A stretch of 63,066 nt of DNA, filler included, from Folioceros fuciformis (taxonomy: Eukaryota): the NCBI GenBank assembly GCA_049999805.1. It is 8 parts of 8 records of this genome, joined end to end, with 100 filler letters (N's around TTAATTAATTAA, not from the genome) between each part and the next. Parts side by side here need not be neighbours in the genome. Positions count along the whole stretch, not along the records: positions 45,201 to 53,125 come from JBNGIO010003467.1; positions 53,226 to 61,065 come from JBNGIO010003469.1; positions 61,166 to 63,066 come from JBNGIO010003472.1; 5 more parts are not named here. One strand, given 5' to 3'. The number at the start of each line of letters is the position of its first letter. The stretch's first letter is position 1. A program made the position numbers and the translations under genes. This document shows positions 51,218 through 63,066 of the stretch, in pieces. The notes under the pieces are model-generated. The model saw only the letters and a program-made list of their open reading frames with translations, made no database searches and was not told the origin of the DNA.

Positions 51218-54200
51218 GGTTTCCAACTGCAGACCCTGGCCCCTTGCTTGAAAACGGTGAGAAGTATCAGAACAGAAGCAGCTCCTTCGAGGCACAAACT
51301 AGGCTCCTGGAGCATACTACAATAGTCCCTGTACATGTCAGCTGCGGGTAGGTGGCTGCCTGCACCTGCTGGTCAGTGGTTTCCTCCTCATCGTCTCCAC
51401 AGCGTCAAAACAGTAAAAGCTGGATCGCCGAAGGCACAGAAGAAACTCACTCAAGGGTATCACCGCCAGAAAGCACACACAGTAGTCCGACCTAGGGGTG
51501 TGTGTCAGCCCGGATCCTGGCATTACCAACCCTTCCGACACGGACACCCCCTAACATTCAAGACTCTACATTCCATGAACTGAACATCTGAACCTATTCC
51601 CAACAGGCTATCCTCCCTGCTGTAGAATGGATTGCTTCTCGTCGGTTGGTATACATAGTAGTGCTTACGCGGTTCCCTCGGACGGCTCCCAACAGACAGA
51701 AGGCCAATGACCAGGAACTCCGGGAAATGGACGCCCGTTAATCAGTTCAATCCCCAACACTGCAAGTAGTGTAAAGGATTCGGGCTGTGCTTGGGCAGGG
51801 ATATGGTTTACCGCAGCCGCGTTCAGCGCTGCCTGTCAGCGGAGGGCATGATTCGGACACCTTGAGCTCGGGACGTGGGCTTCTCAAGCGACACACATTG
51901 CAGGAATTCAGGTTTCAAGGTTCGTAGCACACTGGTTGCACTCGACGTGTTTGTCTGGCCACACACTGATGGGAATCATGGTGTGTCGATCCAGAACAGA
52001 TAAGTGCCTTGCGCAGGGGCTGTCCTGCTGCAACCTCCGTTGCCAATTCCAGCGCTTTATCCGTTGTCCATGGAGGACGAACTTGCTTTCGCGTCCTCGA
52101 TGGCGGCGAGGTCATTAGGAGTCCATACAGAGACGAGAATATGGAAAGGGCTCTGCGCCCTTGGCGAGACCCGGCAGCTGGATCGGGGCAAAACTAGACA
52201 TGGACTGGAGTCCGGTAGAAGCATGGGAGCAATGCATGATTGCAACTGTGGCTCCATCATGAGCTCTAGAGCGTTTCAACATCTAGGAAGGAGGGAATGC
52301 TTGCTCCTCAGAAGCAACTCATCTCGGGGTTTACAGCAAAACGTCAAGATAGAGAGGCTTTCCTATGGCCGTTATGGATGACACGGAAGTGGCGCAGGAA
52401 ACACAGCCACTTGGAAACCACCGTTTGCTCTCCGCCGCCAAATCTACGTCGAGGTGGACGAATGAACCTTATGTCCAATGTTACAAGGATTGAGGGCAAA
52501 GACGTATATTATAGTCTATTAAACATGTGTCCCAGGTCCGAATCATACGCCTTATGTAGGAAGAATGCACCTAGCTCCTAGCTAGCTTCATCATGATATA
52601 CATTGTTAAATATTAAGTTTTATGATAGAAATTAGTTCTTAGTGGATGAATAGATTACTTCTATGAACCTATAATCACTTAACATAATTATTTGATTAAA
52701 AAATTTAAATTTATCAATTTTTATTGAGTAAATCATTCAAGCCTAAAAGTATGGATTAAGGAAACTCAACTTTGTAATCTTTGTCTAAGCAAATGATCCA
52801 AAGCTGAAAGTATTTGTTGTTGAGTAAATTCACGCAAAAACTTTTATGATAAAGTAATTATGTATAATATAATATAAAAATATGTATAATATATATTATT
52901 TTATTTCAAATAATAAAAAGGTTTATACTGAATTATAAACTAAATATATTATATCTAATTCTTACACATTGAAATAAGTAAGACTATCGAGATGGAAGAA
53001 GGTTGCTTCATAACATAACACTATATATGTATATCATGCTTCCATTACAACTAAGACATTGTTCTCTGTGTTGAAGTCCTAGTTTGTGAAATATGGCTAC
53101 TATTGCTCTAATCATCTTGTTGCTANNNNNNNNNNNNNNNNNNNNNNNNNNNNNNNNNNNNNNNNNNNNTTAATTAATTAANNNNNNNNNNNNNNNNNNN
53201 NNNNNNNNNNNNNNNNNNNNNNNNNACCCGATCCGAAGAACGCGCACAACGGCATCGGGATCCCCCTGGCGCTATGATGCGGAAGCGGCACACGAAGCAG
53301 ACGAGCCGCGTGGAGTGAGCCTCCAGAGATCCGAGGAGAGCAGAATTCCCATGTCAGGGCCAGAGAAATTGTGCGAGCTGTAGGCGGAGATCTAGCAGGA
53401 CATTGTCTTGCCAAGTGGCGTGCCAGAATTCAGACAGGAGACCGCGCTCCGGAGGGAAATGTCCTGGAATATGAGTTTTGCAACAATATGTGGATCTGTA
53501 GCCCAGGTCTGGATGGCGATACCATGGCGAAGCATGGAAGAGAGAGGACGGGCGGAGCGGAGCGAGGGCAGCGTCGGCGTCGGCCTGGCAGCGCAGACAA
53601 CGCCAGCAGCAGCGTCGATTGCATCGCAGCCGCACTGCAAGCACGCAGTGCCCGGCGCCATTCTAGGAGCGACCGTGGAGACCAGCGGAACCGGATTACC
53701 GGCCAGCTGCCTTCCAACGTGCTTTGTCCACCTGCACCGAGAGTGGAGCCCAGCCCCGCCGATCTGATTCAGCCATGGCTCATGGAAGCTTCAATGCTGG
53801 CTCGGACAAGCTCCAGCCAGCGTCATCGCTGGCCTGTTCATGGACTCCTTGTTCGCCTTTATTACTCTGCGTTGTACAAACATAAAACTATTAAAAATAT
53901 GCATTAAAAATATATATTGAAAGTACACATACTTATATATATGAGGGATGCATATAAGACATATACCATTTGTGAATAGATCTTTAGGAGGTTTTTATTG
54001 TAGTGTGGCTTTGGTTACATAATAGAACCATTTAAAAAGGCTATGTTAGTGACTACCTTTAACCCAAATCGTACAAGAAAATATCTTATTTTAAAGGGCT
54101 TTATAATCTACCTTATTAAAAGGGTCCCAAATGTGTGTTTAGGGATATGAGAGCTGAGTTCTATATTTCAGTGTCCTCTAAAATGAGATACTTTCTCGTA

Positions 54201-54241
54201 GGGTTTGACATGCACTGCAATCGTGAACCCTTTTAAATAAG

Positions 54242-54378
54242 GTAGCTTATGCAGCTATCCAGAACGATAGATGCCGGTCGGCCAAGGCACTCCTGCAATC
54301 CATATGCGCCCGTGTAGCTTATGCAGCTATCCACAACGATAGATGCTGGTCTACCAAGGCACCCCTGCAATCCATATG
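54242..54378 (+). repeat. 72-bp tandem repeat, about 2 units running into an N gap
   Basis: gtagcttatgcagctatcc... starts at 54242 and 54314. Confidence 0.85.
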
Positions 54379-56847
54379 NNNNNNNNNNNNNNNNNNNNNN
54401 NNNNNNNNNNNNNNNNNNNNNNNNNNNNNNNNNNNNNNNNNNNNNNNNNNNNNNNNNNNNNNNNNNNNNNNNNNNNNNCAGTTACTCACTTAACTTGAAA
54501 ACAAAGTTTTGAAGTTAAGTGCTTATGTTAAAAAAGTTTTCTTGATTTAAAATGAAGCTTTCAAAGTATGTTTTCATACACCGAGTTTTTTTGGATTGAA
54601 AGCAAAGTTTACAAGTTAAATGAGTATGTTAAAGAAATTTTCTTGATTGAAAATAAGGCTTTCAAGTATGTTTTCATAAGCCGAGTTTTCTAAATTGACA
54701 ATAATGTTTTCAAAGAGGTTGTAAGAAACTGAGTTTAAATCTCCCAACCTCCCATATTGCAAACGAGGTGCCAACCACTCCACCATTTGCATATCCATAC
54801 AACTTTGTGTCATTGTTAAATTACATAAATGCTCAAAAAAATGCATGGGCGTAGAGGAGAGTGCGCCGATCTACCGGCGCACTTTGATGTGAGTGTAGAG
54901 TACACCAGTCTACTAGCGCACTCTAATGTCAATATGGTGACACCGGTCTACCAACACACTCTTGAAGAAAACGTCCAAAATCAAGAACTAGGGAACATCA
55001 ACACTGTACCTCTAATGCAGATTTGCGATTTCATCCATGCATTTTTCACGAGAACATCATTCCCACTACGTAACTGGATAGTTTGGTACACTTGTGCTAT
55101 GACACACCCACAATTTTTCTATAGTCAATTTCTATCATGAAGAAATGGAAATTCATTTCTGCAAGCCGCATAGAAAAACTAACAAAATCATGGATATATG
55201 CTACGAAAATTACACAATAATTTCATCCAAAGCTTGATATGGAGGAATCTGACCATTAGGCACATACCAAGTTTATGAATGTTAAACCTAAGTTTAGGGC
55301 TAATCTTTTCTTTTTATGTATTATGGATTGTTTAAATATGTTCAGGAGGTGTACTCGTGAATAAATAGTACAGCGTAAATCATGTCACATGTTATACAAT
55401 TAGAAATTGGCTTTAAGATAAAAGTAAAGTGAAAACCCCAAAACTAAGAGAGAGAGGTAATATAAGAGATGACATAAGCCATGTGTTATAACTACTAAGT
55501 TGTGCTCTTATAAGGCATGTGTATGCATGACTAAATGGTAAAGTTGAGGTGTGGATGGCAAGTCCTAGGTACAATCTGTGCATGTGTATGTTGTTATGCA
55601 AGAGTTACTAGGGTTGAGGGTGATGAATATGTTATTTGTAGACAAAACCATAGCTTAGTGTTACAAATAGAAAGTAGGGAATGAGAATCTTGAGACAAAT
55701 GCTTTGAGTTAAAGTTCTAAATCAAGTTTGATTACTATTTTAATGCCCAAAGACTCCTTGCTAGCTACACCGCAAATGCTAATTCCTTCATTTGCACACA
55801 CAAATCAATGAAGATGCACCAACACGCGTGCAAACAAGCTTTTACAAGATCCATGCATATATGTTTCCATCAATAAAGTACAGTGGTGGAGATCTATGCT
55901 AAAGCTTTATTGCACAACATATCTCATGCTTAACTCCAATGCATTTTCTACAAAAGATCTTTAAATTCCCCATACTTATGTTTGAACTTTAAGTCAACCT
56001 TGTGCTAGTATAAAATTCTTCAATGTCATCTACACTTTGTCACATACATACTTGAAACTTAGTCTCTTAGATGTGTTTGGCAATAAGCAAATGAGGTTTT
56101 TTGCCTTTGTTGAGCTTTGCCAAAAATCTTGTGAGTTGTGTCGTGCACAACTCTTTGTTGTTGTACAAATTCGTGTGGCTATCTTGTTTTTGTATGAAAC
56201 ATTTCAACATACAATACAAAGACTACATCTTTAGTTTTATCATTGACTACATCTTTAGTTTTGTCATTCATCATCTGAAAAGATGTGTGGCCTGTGCAGC
56301 TATATAAATTGTTGTTGCAACAAAACTGTATATCTTTAAAATACTCACTCTAATCTCTTGGGCTATTTTTGCATGATATCTCAAGTAGTCTTCTAGGCTT
56401 CCATCAACTTTTTTGGTTGATTCATTTGTAGCAAGTGATATTGAACATAATTGCACTTCTAAGTTGTCCATAAGTTTTTAGCAAAACTTTCAAGTGAATG
56501 TGTGTTTTCATCATTCACAACCTACATGATAGTTCATTACATGTAATAAAAATTATTTGAAATTTATTATAAGATATAAAGTTAGAATGAATGTTCAAAA
56601 AGAAAAGGAAAGGTTTGTTTTGAAAGAGACTAATGAGTTGGTGAGTGCAAGACAAATAAAAGAATCACATCAATAGTACAAAGCTTTTATTATTCAGCAA
56701 AAAAACTCCTACAAGCTTGAAGATTTAAGAATGATCTCATTAGGCAAAATATTTTTTTTTAAATATAGTAAATATAAATATAAATATTTAGATTATATAA
56801 AAATAAAATAAATATTACAGAAAGATATGAATATAAACCTAAACATT

Positions 56848-56948
56848 GAGCCTATGAATTGTGCTAGGGTTGTGGATAGTGAGCCTATGAATTGTGCTAG
56901 GTTTATGGATAGTGAGCCTAGGAATAGTGCTAGGGCTGTGAATAGTGA
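56848..56948 (+). repeat. 33-bp tandem repeat x3
   Basis: gagcctatgaattgtgctagggttgtggatagt at 56848, 56881 and 56914. Confidence 0.9.
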
Positions 56949-57589
56949 AGCAATTATTATGGCAGAGTGCTATCGAAATTTTTGAGGTAATGGCACTGCC
57001 TGCTATCAAAGCCCGACCTCAAGAGCGCCGTGTGTTCAGAATTTTTTGAAACAATCGGGATGCTAAATATCGCTGTATGCTCCCTCTCAAAAAAGTACGA
57101 GACGGCCATCCTGCCCGATAATGTACATAAAATAAAATATGAAGAGCTCGAATTTTTGCGAGCCAGTCCATCTGGAAGCGGGATTATTTTACTCCCAAGA
57201 ATGCTGGACAACGGTGAGCGTCAGTCGATGTATCTTGCAAAGGCCTTCGATGCGCCCCATATGGACGTCAACCTCCCACATTCGGGGGAACCGAAGTATC
57301 TATTTACCATGCTCCCGGTTACAGGGCCATTCGGGGTCTCTAACCTACCTACGTAAGTAGAATATAAGTACCGGAGGTACTTGACCTGTTCATAAAACAC
57401 ACAACATGAAGCTTACAACGACCCTCTTGTGCTGTAGACCTATGACTAGGCATAAACGTGAAGGGCACCTACAACCAACTCCCCCGAGGGACCGCTCGGC
57501 ATGCGAGGTGCAGGCCCACCTAAGGCCCTGAAATAGATCGTCTGGAAACACGAGCTATCCACATTTGTACTCTCACGAGTGTCCTCCTG

Positions 57590-59260
57590 CTATCCCTCGT
57601 TGCGTGGTCGCGTTATGCTGAAATATCCCATGGAATTCCTGGGTTCCAAACTCTCTCCATAACTCAGACCTAAGCTTTGAATCTTCTTCATGACCCCAGT
57701 GATTGCAACATCGAAGGCGTCGTTCACCGGGTGCTCATTACCTGCACCCGCATACAGTATGGTGGGGATGAGGTTGGTAATGGTCCTTTGCATCCTCTTC
57801 ACCTCGCTTGGAGATACTTTCCTCAGCACGTCTTCAATCACAGTGCCAGCCCTCACGTCATCCTTGCTGATGAACACAGAGTAGCTGCTAGTGTCCTTTG
57901 GAAGATGCCAGAGGTACTGCTGATATGCACTCTGCCTCCAAAATAAGACGGGAATGCAACCGGCGATCAGAGAGTCAAATATGGACCTCCTAGTGAAACT
58001 GTCACCACGGGGCTGGAGGCAGAAGGTGGAATCCAGGAACAGGCTCATGAGCTCATTCCCCGTCTCACACTGCCCCTTGTCGCACCTGAGAGATCGGCAG
58101 CTCTTGGAGCGGTGACACTGGTCCAGCAGACCGGCTCTGAAATCGTTGGGAAACTGACTTCGAGGAATCCCGGCGAAGGAAAAGAGAGTCCTCCGCTGCG
58201 AAGCGCTCACAAGACGTTGCCAAGTTTTCAGGTCACTTTCCCTCCGGGGGTGAAAGCTGGTCGGATATGGCACTCCCATTTCCATCTCATCCCAGGGACT
58301 CCGTTCAATCACCAGCCTAATCATGTTTCCCGCCTCCGGCATGTTGAAGAAGCTGGAGCCCCAGCCATCCCCCGTGGAACGACGGAAGTCCCAAGTGATC
58401 CGCCCAACCATGAGGAAGTGATCCTTTCCTTTTGCCCGCTGAAAGAACACCTGCTGCTCAAGCCATCGCAACAAACCCGTGGCAAGCTCATCTCGCACCG
58501 CTGTTCCCGCACCTGTCCACAGATTCCTGCTCACGTCCAGACCGGCATAATACGGCACGTAAAACGCAGACGCTCGGTGCGGTTCTTGAGTCCGGCAGGG
58601 ATGCTCAAGAATGCGCGAGTGGAACAACACCTCTCCCGTGAACTGATCTGTATTGTACCAGGCGCGGCTGAGTTCCAAGACATCCGCCTCCGTCACCGGC
58701 GAAGGCTGAGAGAGATTGGCCGCCCTAGGACGCCTCAGCTGCTGCAGCCAGGGCAAGATGGAATCACCAGTGGACGGCCCAAGGCCCCCATTGGACAAGG
58801 GGGAACAGAAAGATGCCCATGGGAAAATGCTGGAACAATTCGCGAGCAGCGCGGCATTGAACTGGTGTGGCAGATCATATACATATATGCGCTTGCTGAG
58901 ATCACACGTGCCACCGGGACTGTAAGACCTGCGGAGGAAGGCCTCAAAAGAGACAGGCCGATCATGACCCGTAGAAGCGGCCTCAACAGCAGCAGCAGCA
59001 GCGGGGGCAGCTCGCATCCGTGGCCAAGGGCACAACGGGCAGGGCACCTCTCCCAAAAACAGGCAGATAGAGAGAATCTGCAAAGTGACAAACGCCAAGA
59101 GAAGCGAGCGGAACAGGACAGCGTACGCTGGTACGCTCGGCAGCGGCCATAGCCGCTTCCAGCTGCCGCTTCTCACCAGCCGCTGATTCAAACGGACAAC
59201 AATGTCCCAACCTGGTGCAAGGCTGCGTGCCTTGCCGCCGGCCATGTCGTCCCATCGCAT
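57590..59260 (-). CDS. GT47 exostosin-family xyloglucan galactosyltransferase (XLT2/MUR3-like), intronless
   Basis: TM anchor, IYVYDLP, WYNTDQF, FYVPYYAGLD, DHFLMVGRITWDFRR, VPYPTSFHP, FCLQPRGDSFTRRSIFD, GCIPVLFW. Confidence 0.94.
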   Translation of the reverse strand: MRWDDMAGGKARSLAPGWDIVVRLNQRLVRSGSWKRLWPLPSVPAYAVLFRSLLLAFVTLQILSICLFLGEVPCPLCPWPRMRAAPAAAAAVEAASTGHDRPVSFEAFLRRSYSPGGTCDLSKRIYVYDLPHQFNAALLANCSSIFPWASFCSPLSNGGLGPSTGDSILPWLQQLRRPRAANLSQPSPVTEADVLELSRAWYNTDQFTGEVLFHSRILEHPCRTQEPHRASAFYVPYYAGLDVSRNLWTGAGTAVRDELATGLLRWLEQQVFFQRAKGKDHFLMVGRITWDFRRSTGDGWGSSFFNMPEAGNMIRLVIERSPWDEMEMGVPYPTSFHPRRESDLKTWQRLVSASQRRTLFSFAGIPRSQFPNDFRAGLLDQCHRSKSCRSLRCDKGQCETGNELMSLFLDSTFCLQPRGDSFTRRSIFDSLIAGCIPVLFWRQSAYQQYLWHLPKDTSSYSVFISKDDVRAGTVIEDVLRKVSPSEVKRMQRTITNLIPTILYAGAGNEHPVNDAFDVAITGVMKKIQSLGLSYGESLEPRNSMGYFSITRPRNEG

Positions 59261-60638
59261 TTCATTCCTCTTCGTCGAAGTCCAGCCGCCGTCGCTCCTC
59301 CCGCCCAGCTTCCTTGCTTCTTCTTCCTCTCAATCCATTCCGCCTCTCCCGCCACTTCCTCCTCTTCTCCTTATTCAATTCCCCCTTCGTCCTTGCCAGT
59401 GGCAGCGGCAGAACAGTTGGTCCACCGTCGCTTTCCGACCGCCGGACGTTCCAGCTACCGCCCGCCGCCGTAACTGTCCAACTGCTACCAAGCAGCAGAA
59501 TCATCCGAGGCAAAACTGCAGCGGCACTTGCGGCACCGCCTCCGCAATTATTTCCCAAGGAAGGGGATCACATGGTCTTGAACATTCTGGCCTCTCCTCT
59601 CCGTTCTGTGGTGTTATACGTTTTGCTCGTCCTCAATCTTGATCCGGACCTCGCATCTGCGGAACAGACTGCTGCCATCAGGCCAGCAGTGAAAGTTCCA
59701 GCGGCCGCTCTCATGCAGCGTCTGGGATATCGCGCACTGTGACTTCACTGTTGTTGACGTCTGTCCATGAGACAGACATACAGTACATTTGTCGGTGCAT
59801 GGCAGCATTTGCACAACTTGCAGCCTCTGACAGCTGCAGTGCACGTACTTCGCGACACGGCCAATTTGTGTTCGCTGCTCTGGTGCATACAGTATGTGTG
59901 GGACACTCCTTCCTTCCCCTCTAACCTGTTTGTGCTAAAAAAACTGCTCCCAAGTGAACGAAGCAAATCCCGTGCCGTTGTAGGTTTCATCACCGATCTC
60001 GAGGATTCCCGGGCCCGCTTTTCGTTGTCGTAGATTTGAAAGCCACCGTGGACGAAGCCCCAGCAGGAGTCCCGTGACCGGGTCGACAGCAGTTGGGCAA
60101 CGTCCCATCTTTCCCTCCATTTCACAACTCTCTTCTCGTAGCTCCGAACACAAGTTTGCCTTTGCTGCTGTTTGCAGTGACGCCATCGCCTCCGTCACCG
60201 TGACCTACTGACTGCCTGCCCCTGAACGATCGGAACCTGTGCCTGTCTTGGCCGTTTCTGCGCATCTTGCGCACCGGTTTCCCACGCCGTGACATCTGCT
60301 GCTTCATGCTAATGGAAGTCTTTTCAAAGGCAGCGTGACATGAGGACAAACCTGGGGAGACCCTCTCCTCCTCCTGCTACGGTTCGCACGAGGGAGATGA
60401 GACTCCTGGCGGGTCGCACAAGTCGTGGGAGCGATAATTCGTGGGCGTCTGTTTCAGGTGACACGACACTGTGAGGCAGAGATGGAATTGCTGGCGGCGC
60501 ATAAGCAAAGGTGAGGCGGGGCCATTTTTGAAGCGCTCTGTTTTCCAGCTGATTATCCCTTCCTTGGAGGAGGAGGATCAAGACTTCAGATCTGGACACA
60601 AGCTGGCAGGCAGAAGTAGCGACACTCGCTTGTTCACC

Positions 60639-61065
60639 ATGACCTACAGCTCTGCTGATCCCTGCCCGCCCGCACCGCTTTCTCCTTCGGGATCTAACGT
60701 TTCGATGGAGCCCCCTCCGGATTTCACTGAACAAGTAAGAAAGCCTTGCCGCTCAACAAGACTTTCTTCCCGCGGCAATCCTACGCCTGGGCGGTATGGA
60801 TTGCAGTTGAGTGTTTACAATCTGTGCACTTTGGCCAGGAGGATGAACTTCTGAGGGAGCTTGTCAAAAGGCATGGCACTAAAAAGTAGGTACAATGCTT
60901 GCCATTCCTCAACAAGAACTGGGATGTGGTGATTGCACATGTACCCATGTGCTGAGGATCTTGAGGATGAATACACTGGCCATAACCAGTACTGTTTCCT
61001 GGTTTTCAGGTGGCATATTATCTCAGCGAAAATGCACAATAAGACACCTCGTGAATGCAGAAAGA
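60639..61065 (+). CDS. MYB transcription factor, FLP/MYB88-like, 5' part (exons 60639-60734, 60839-60885, 61010-61065; cut at spacer)
   Basis: Splicing gives DFTEQ/EDELLRELVKRHGTK/KWHIISAKMHNKTPRECRR, a MYB repeat with the K..R(Q/E)CRR signature of the FLP clade. Confidence 0.75.
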
Positions 61066-61489
61066 NNNNNNNNNNNNNNNNNNNNNNNNNNNNNNNNNNN
61101 NNNNNNNNNTTAATTAATTAANNNNNNNNNNNNNNNNNNNNNNNNNNNNNNNNNNNNNNNNNNNNCCACATTCCTTTAGAATCTGTCCCTCCTAACCACA
61201 TAACTAGGTAGCTTAAATCCAACTTCATAGCTCGATAAGTTAAAAGGCTCAAAAGCATATGTAACGACGTATGTTTGTGACATTTGATGCATGTTTCATC
61301 AAGATGTTTCATGATTTTATGCATGCATGTTTCATGCAAGTCTTACCTCCTTTGCTTATGCTTATGTAGCATGAGAAGAAAGTTCAATCACATAGTGGGT
61401 TCCTTCAAAGCTTCTATCTATCCAGAGATAGGCTCTTGTTCAGTGCTGGTCTTGCATGCTGTAATAAGCCTAGTCTTTATTTTGGAAAA

Positions 61490-61922
61490 GAGATTGAAAG
61501 AACCCACAACGAGATCAAAAGAACCCACAACGAGATCGAAGGAACCCACAACGANNNNNNNNNNNNNNNNNNNNNNNNNNNNNNNNNNNNNNNNNNNNNN
61601 NNNNNNNNNNNNNNNNNNNNNNNNNNNNNNNNNNNNNNNNNNNNNNNNNNNNNNGAGCCCATATTGAGATCGAAGGAACCCACAACGAGATCGAAAGAAC
61701 CCACAACAAGATCAAAGGAACCCACAACGAGATGGAAGGAACCCACAACAAGATCCAAAGAACCCACAACGAAATCTAAAGAATCCACAACGAGCCCATA
61801 TTGAGATCGAAGGAACCAACAACAAGATCGAAAGAACCCACAATAAGATCGAAAGAACCCACAACGAGATCGAAAGAACCCACACAAGATTGAAAGAACC
61901 CACACGAGATTGAAAGAACCCA
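61490..61922 (+). repeat. 21-bp minisatellite (GAGATCGAARGAACCCACAAC)n with internal N gap
   Basis: Visible in the sequence. An interrupting gagcccatatt recurs at 61655 and 61792. Confidence 0.95.
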
Positions 61923-62496
61923 TCTAGTCCAAAGAGACTGAATGAACATGTCTATGCCAAGACTTGAGGAAACAAGCTCTAAGAGGGCAGACAAAAAGAA
62001 CAAAGAACTAATTCCTAGAGTCATTAATGCACGCAGAAGGTTAGAGTCCTGCTCACCCTAAAATTGGGTCGTGAAAGTTTAGTGGGCAGCATGAAAGAAA
62101 TTAAGGCAGGATACTGAGGAGGAGTCTCTCGGGCGACGATAATGTGGAGGGCGGAAACCAGTCAAAGCCGCGCGCGAGTGGAGCGGAGGATGTGGATTGG
62201 GACCAGAACGTGTGGTTTGACCGACCCCAAGGGTGTTGGACCCTTGATGCATTTGCTTTGGTTTTCTTTTTAATTATGTGTGCGTGTGTCGGGCTCGGGT
62301 CGGGACGAGTCGGGTGGTGTCCGGGAAGAGGCAGAGGCGCAGGGGGAGGCTCAGGTAGAGGAAGAGGCAGAGGGATGTTCCTTCATCTCTCTCTCTCTTC
62401 CCATGCCGGCCCTTAAAGAGCCTTCCCTTGGCTTCGCCCATTGAGTGCCTCATCAGACTGGTACTCAAATTCATTCCTTCATTCATGTTCATTTTC

Positions 62497-62541
62497 ATGC
62501 TATGCTATGCTATGCTATGCTATGCCATGCTATGTTATGCT
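62497..62541 (+). repeat. (ATGCT)n pentanucleotide microsatellite
   Basis: Visible in the sequence. Confidence 0.9.
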
Positions 62542-63066
62542 GATAGTCATATTCATACTGCCGCATTTGCATTTGTCTTTCCCTTTCTCTCCCGTCTGTT
62601 GCTCCTGCTTCGCCGACGCCAGCACCCGCCTCAGGCCGTGCTAGCCTTGCCAGGCTGACGGACACAGCTCGGTAGCTAGGGTGGAGAAGAAGCAGGCACG
62701 AGACGCATTTCTCCTCACCGCGCCTCAAGCGCCGTGACGCCGAATGCTGGCGGGGGCCCAATCTGCAGAGCAATTCGGTGTACGGCCGCGTTTGCCCCGC
62801 CCCGCAATGCCGGTGCGGGCCAATTCCAGGCCTGCAATGTGATGGTGCGGCTGCCGGCAGCCCCCGTGACGACGTGATCTTGACTGCAGCGGAGAGCCGG
62901 GCCGGTGAATGCCGGTGCTGGTGTCGGGACTGGTGCTTCCGCCCCGCCCCGCTGTGCCTTGCAAGCGCACGCGAGCTGCTTTCGCCCGAGGCGAGCGCTG
63001 GGCCGCCCGGCGCACGGCGTGCTCCTGCTCCGTTGCTGCTGCTGCGGCGGCGGCGGCTGTTGCAGG

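Noticed and set aside
53226..53661. Minus-strand transit-peptide-like frame ending VVRVLRIG, reminiscent of the porphobilinogen deaminase N-terminus
   Set aside because: Only a few residues match before the spacer, and there are two in-frame stops.
55700..56520. Possible decayed transposase in AT-rich DNA
   Set aside because: No catalytic or family motif is recognisable.
47315..56948. 29-bp (47315-47401) and 33-bp (56848-56948) repeats as CRISPR arrays
   Set aside because: The units are head-to-tail with no unique spacers, there are no cas genes, and the context is eukaryotic.
62700..63066. GC-rich open frames at the window end
   Set aside because: Several frames are open and low-complexity, with no recognisable domain. 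Strand and frame cannot be assigned.

Overview
Eukaryotic nuclear DNA from a compact, gene-dense land-plant genome with short GT-AG introns. An intron-containing ALS gene and a BK/Slo-type K+ channel fragment suggest a seed-free plant such as a lycophyte or hornwort (inference). The window is not one locus. Seven 100-nt spacers (44N-TTAATTAATTAA-44N) join eight apparently unrelated scaffolds, and several genes are cut at these joins. Recognisable genes: plastid rubredoxin-like protein, FNR-like oxidoreductase, WD40 protein, legumin-like cupin (partial), SRP receptor beta, RPL3, methylesterase, uncharacterised membrane protein, GT14-like/DUF266 glycosyltransferase, V-ATPase G, F-box protein, a PPR pseudogene, ALS (partial), glyoxal/galactose oxidase, BK channel (last exon), a PLS-class PPR protein, a GT47 xyloglucan galactosyltransferase and an FLP/MYB88-like MYB (partial). 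Positions 33.8-47.4 kb are a nest of decayed Ty3/gypsy and Ty1/copia retrotransposons. I see no clear new multi-gene system. The best leads are a copia LTR with apparently non-canonical AG...CT termini, a gypsy family carrying conserved extra ORFs and a multi-hairpin LTR end, and an F-box protein with an unusual C-terminal domain. All family assignments come from motif recognition by eye; no searches were run.
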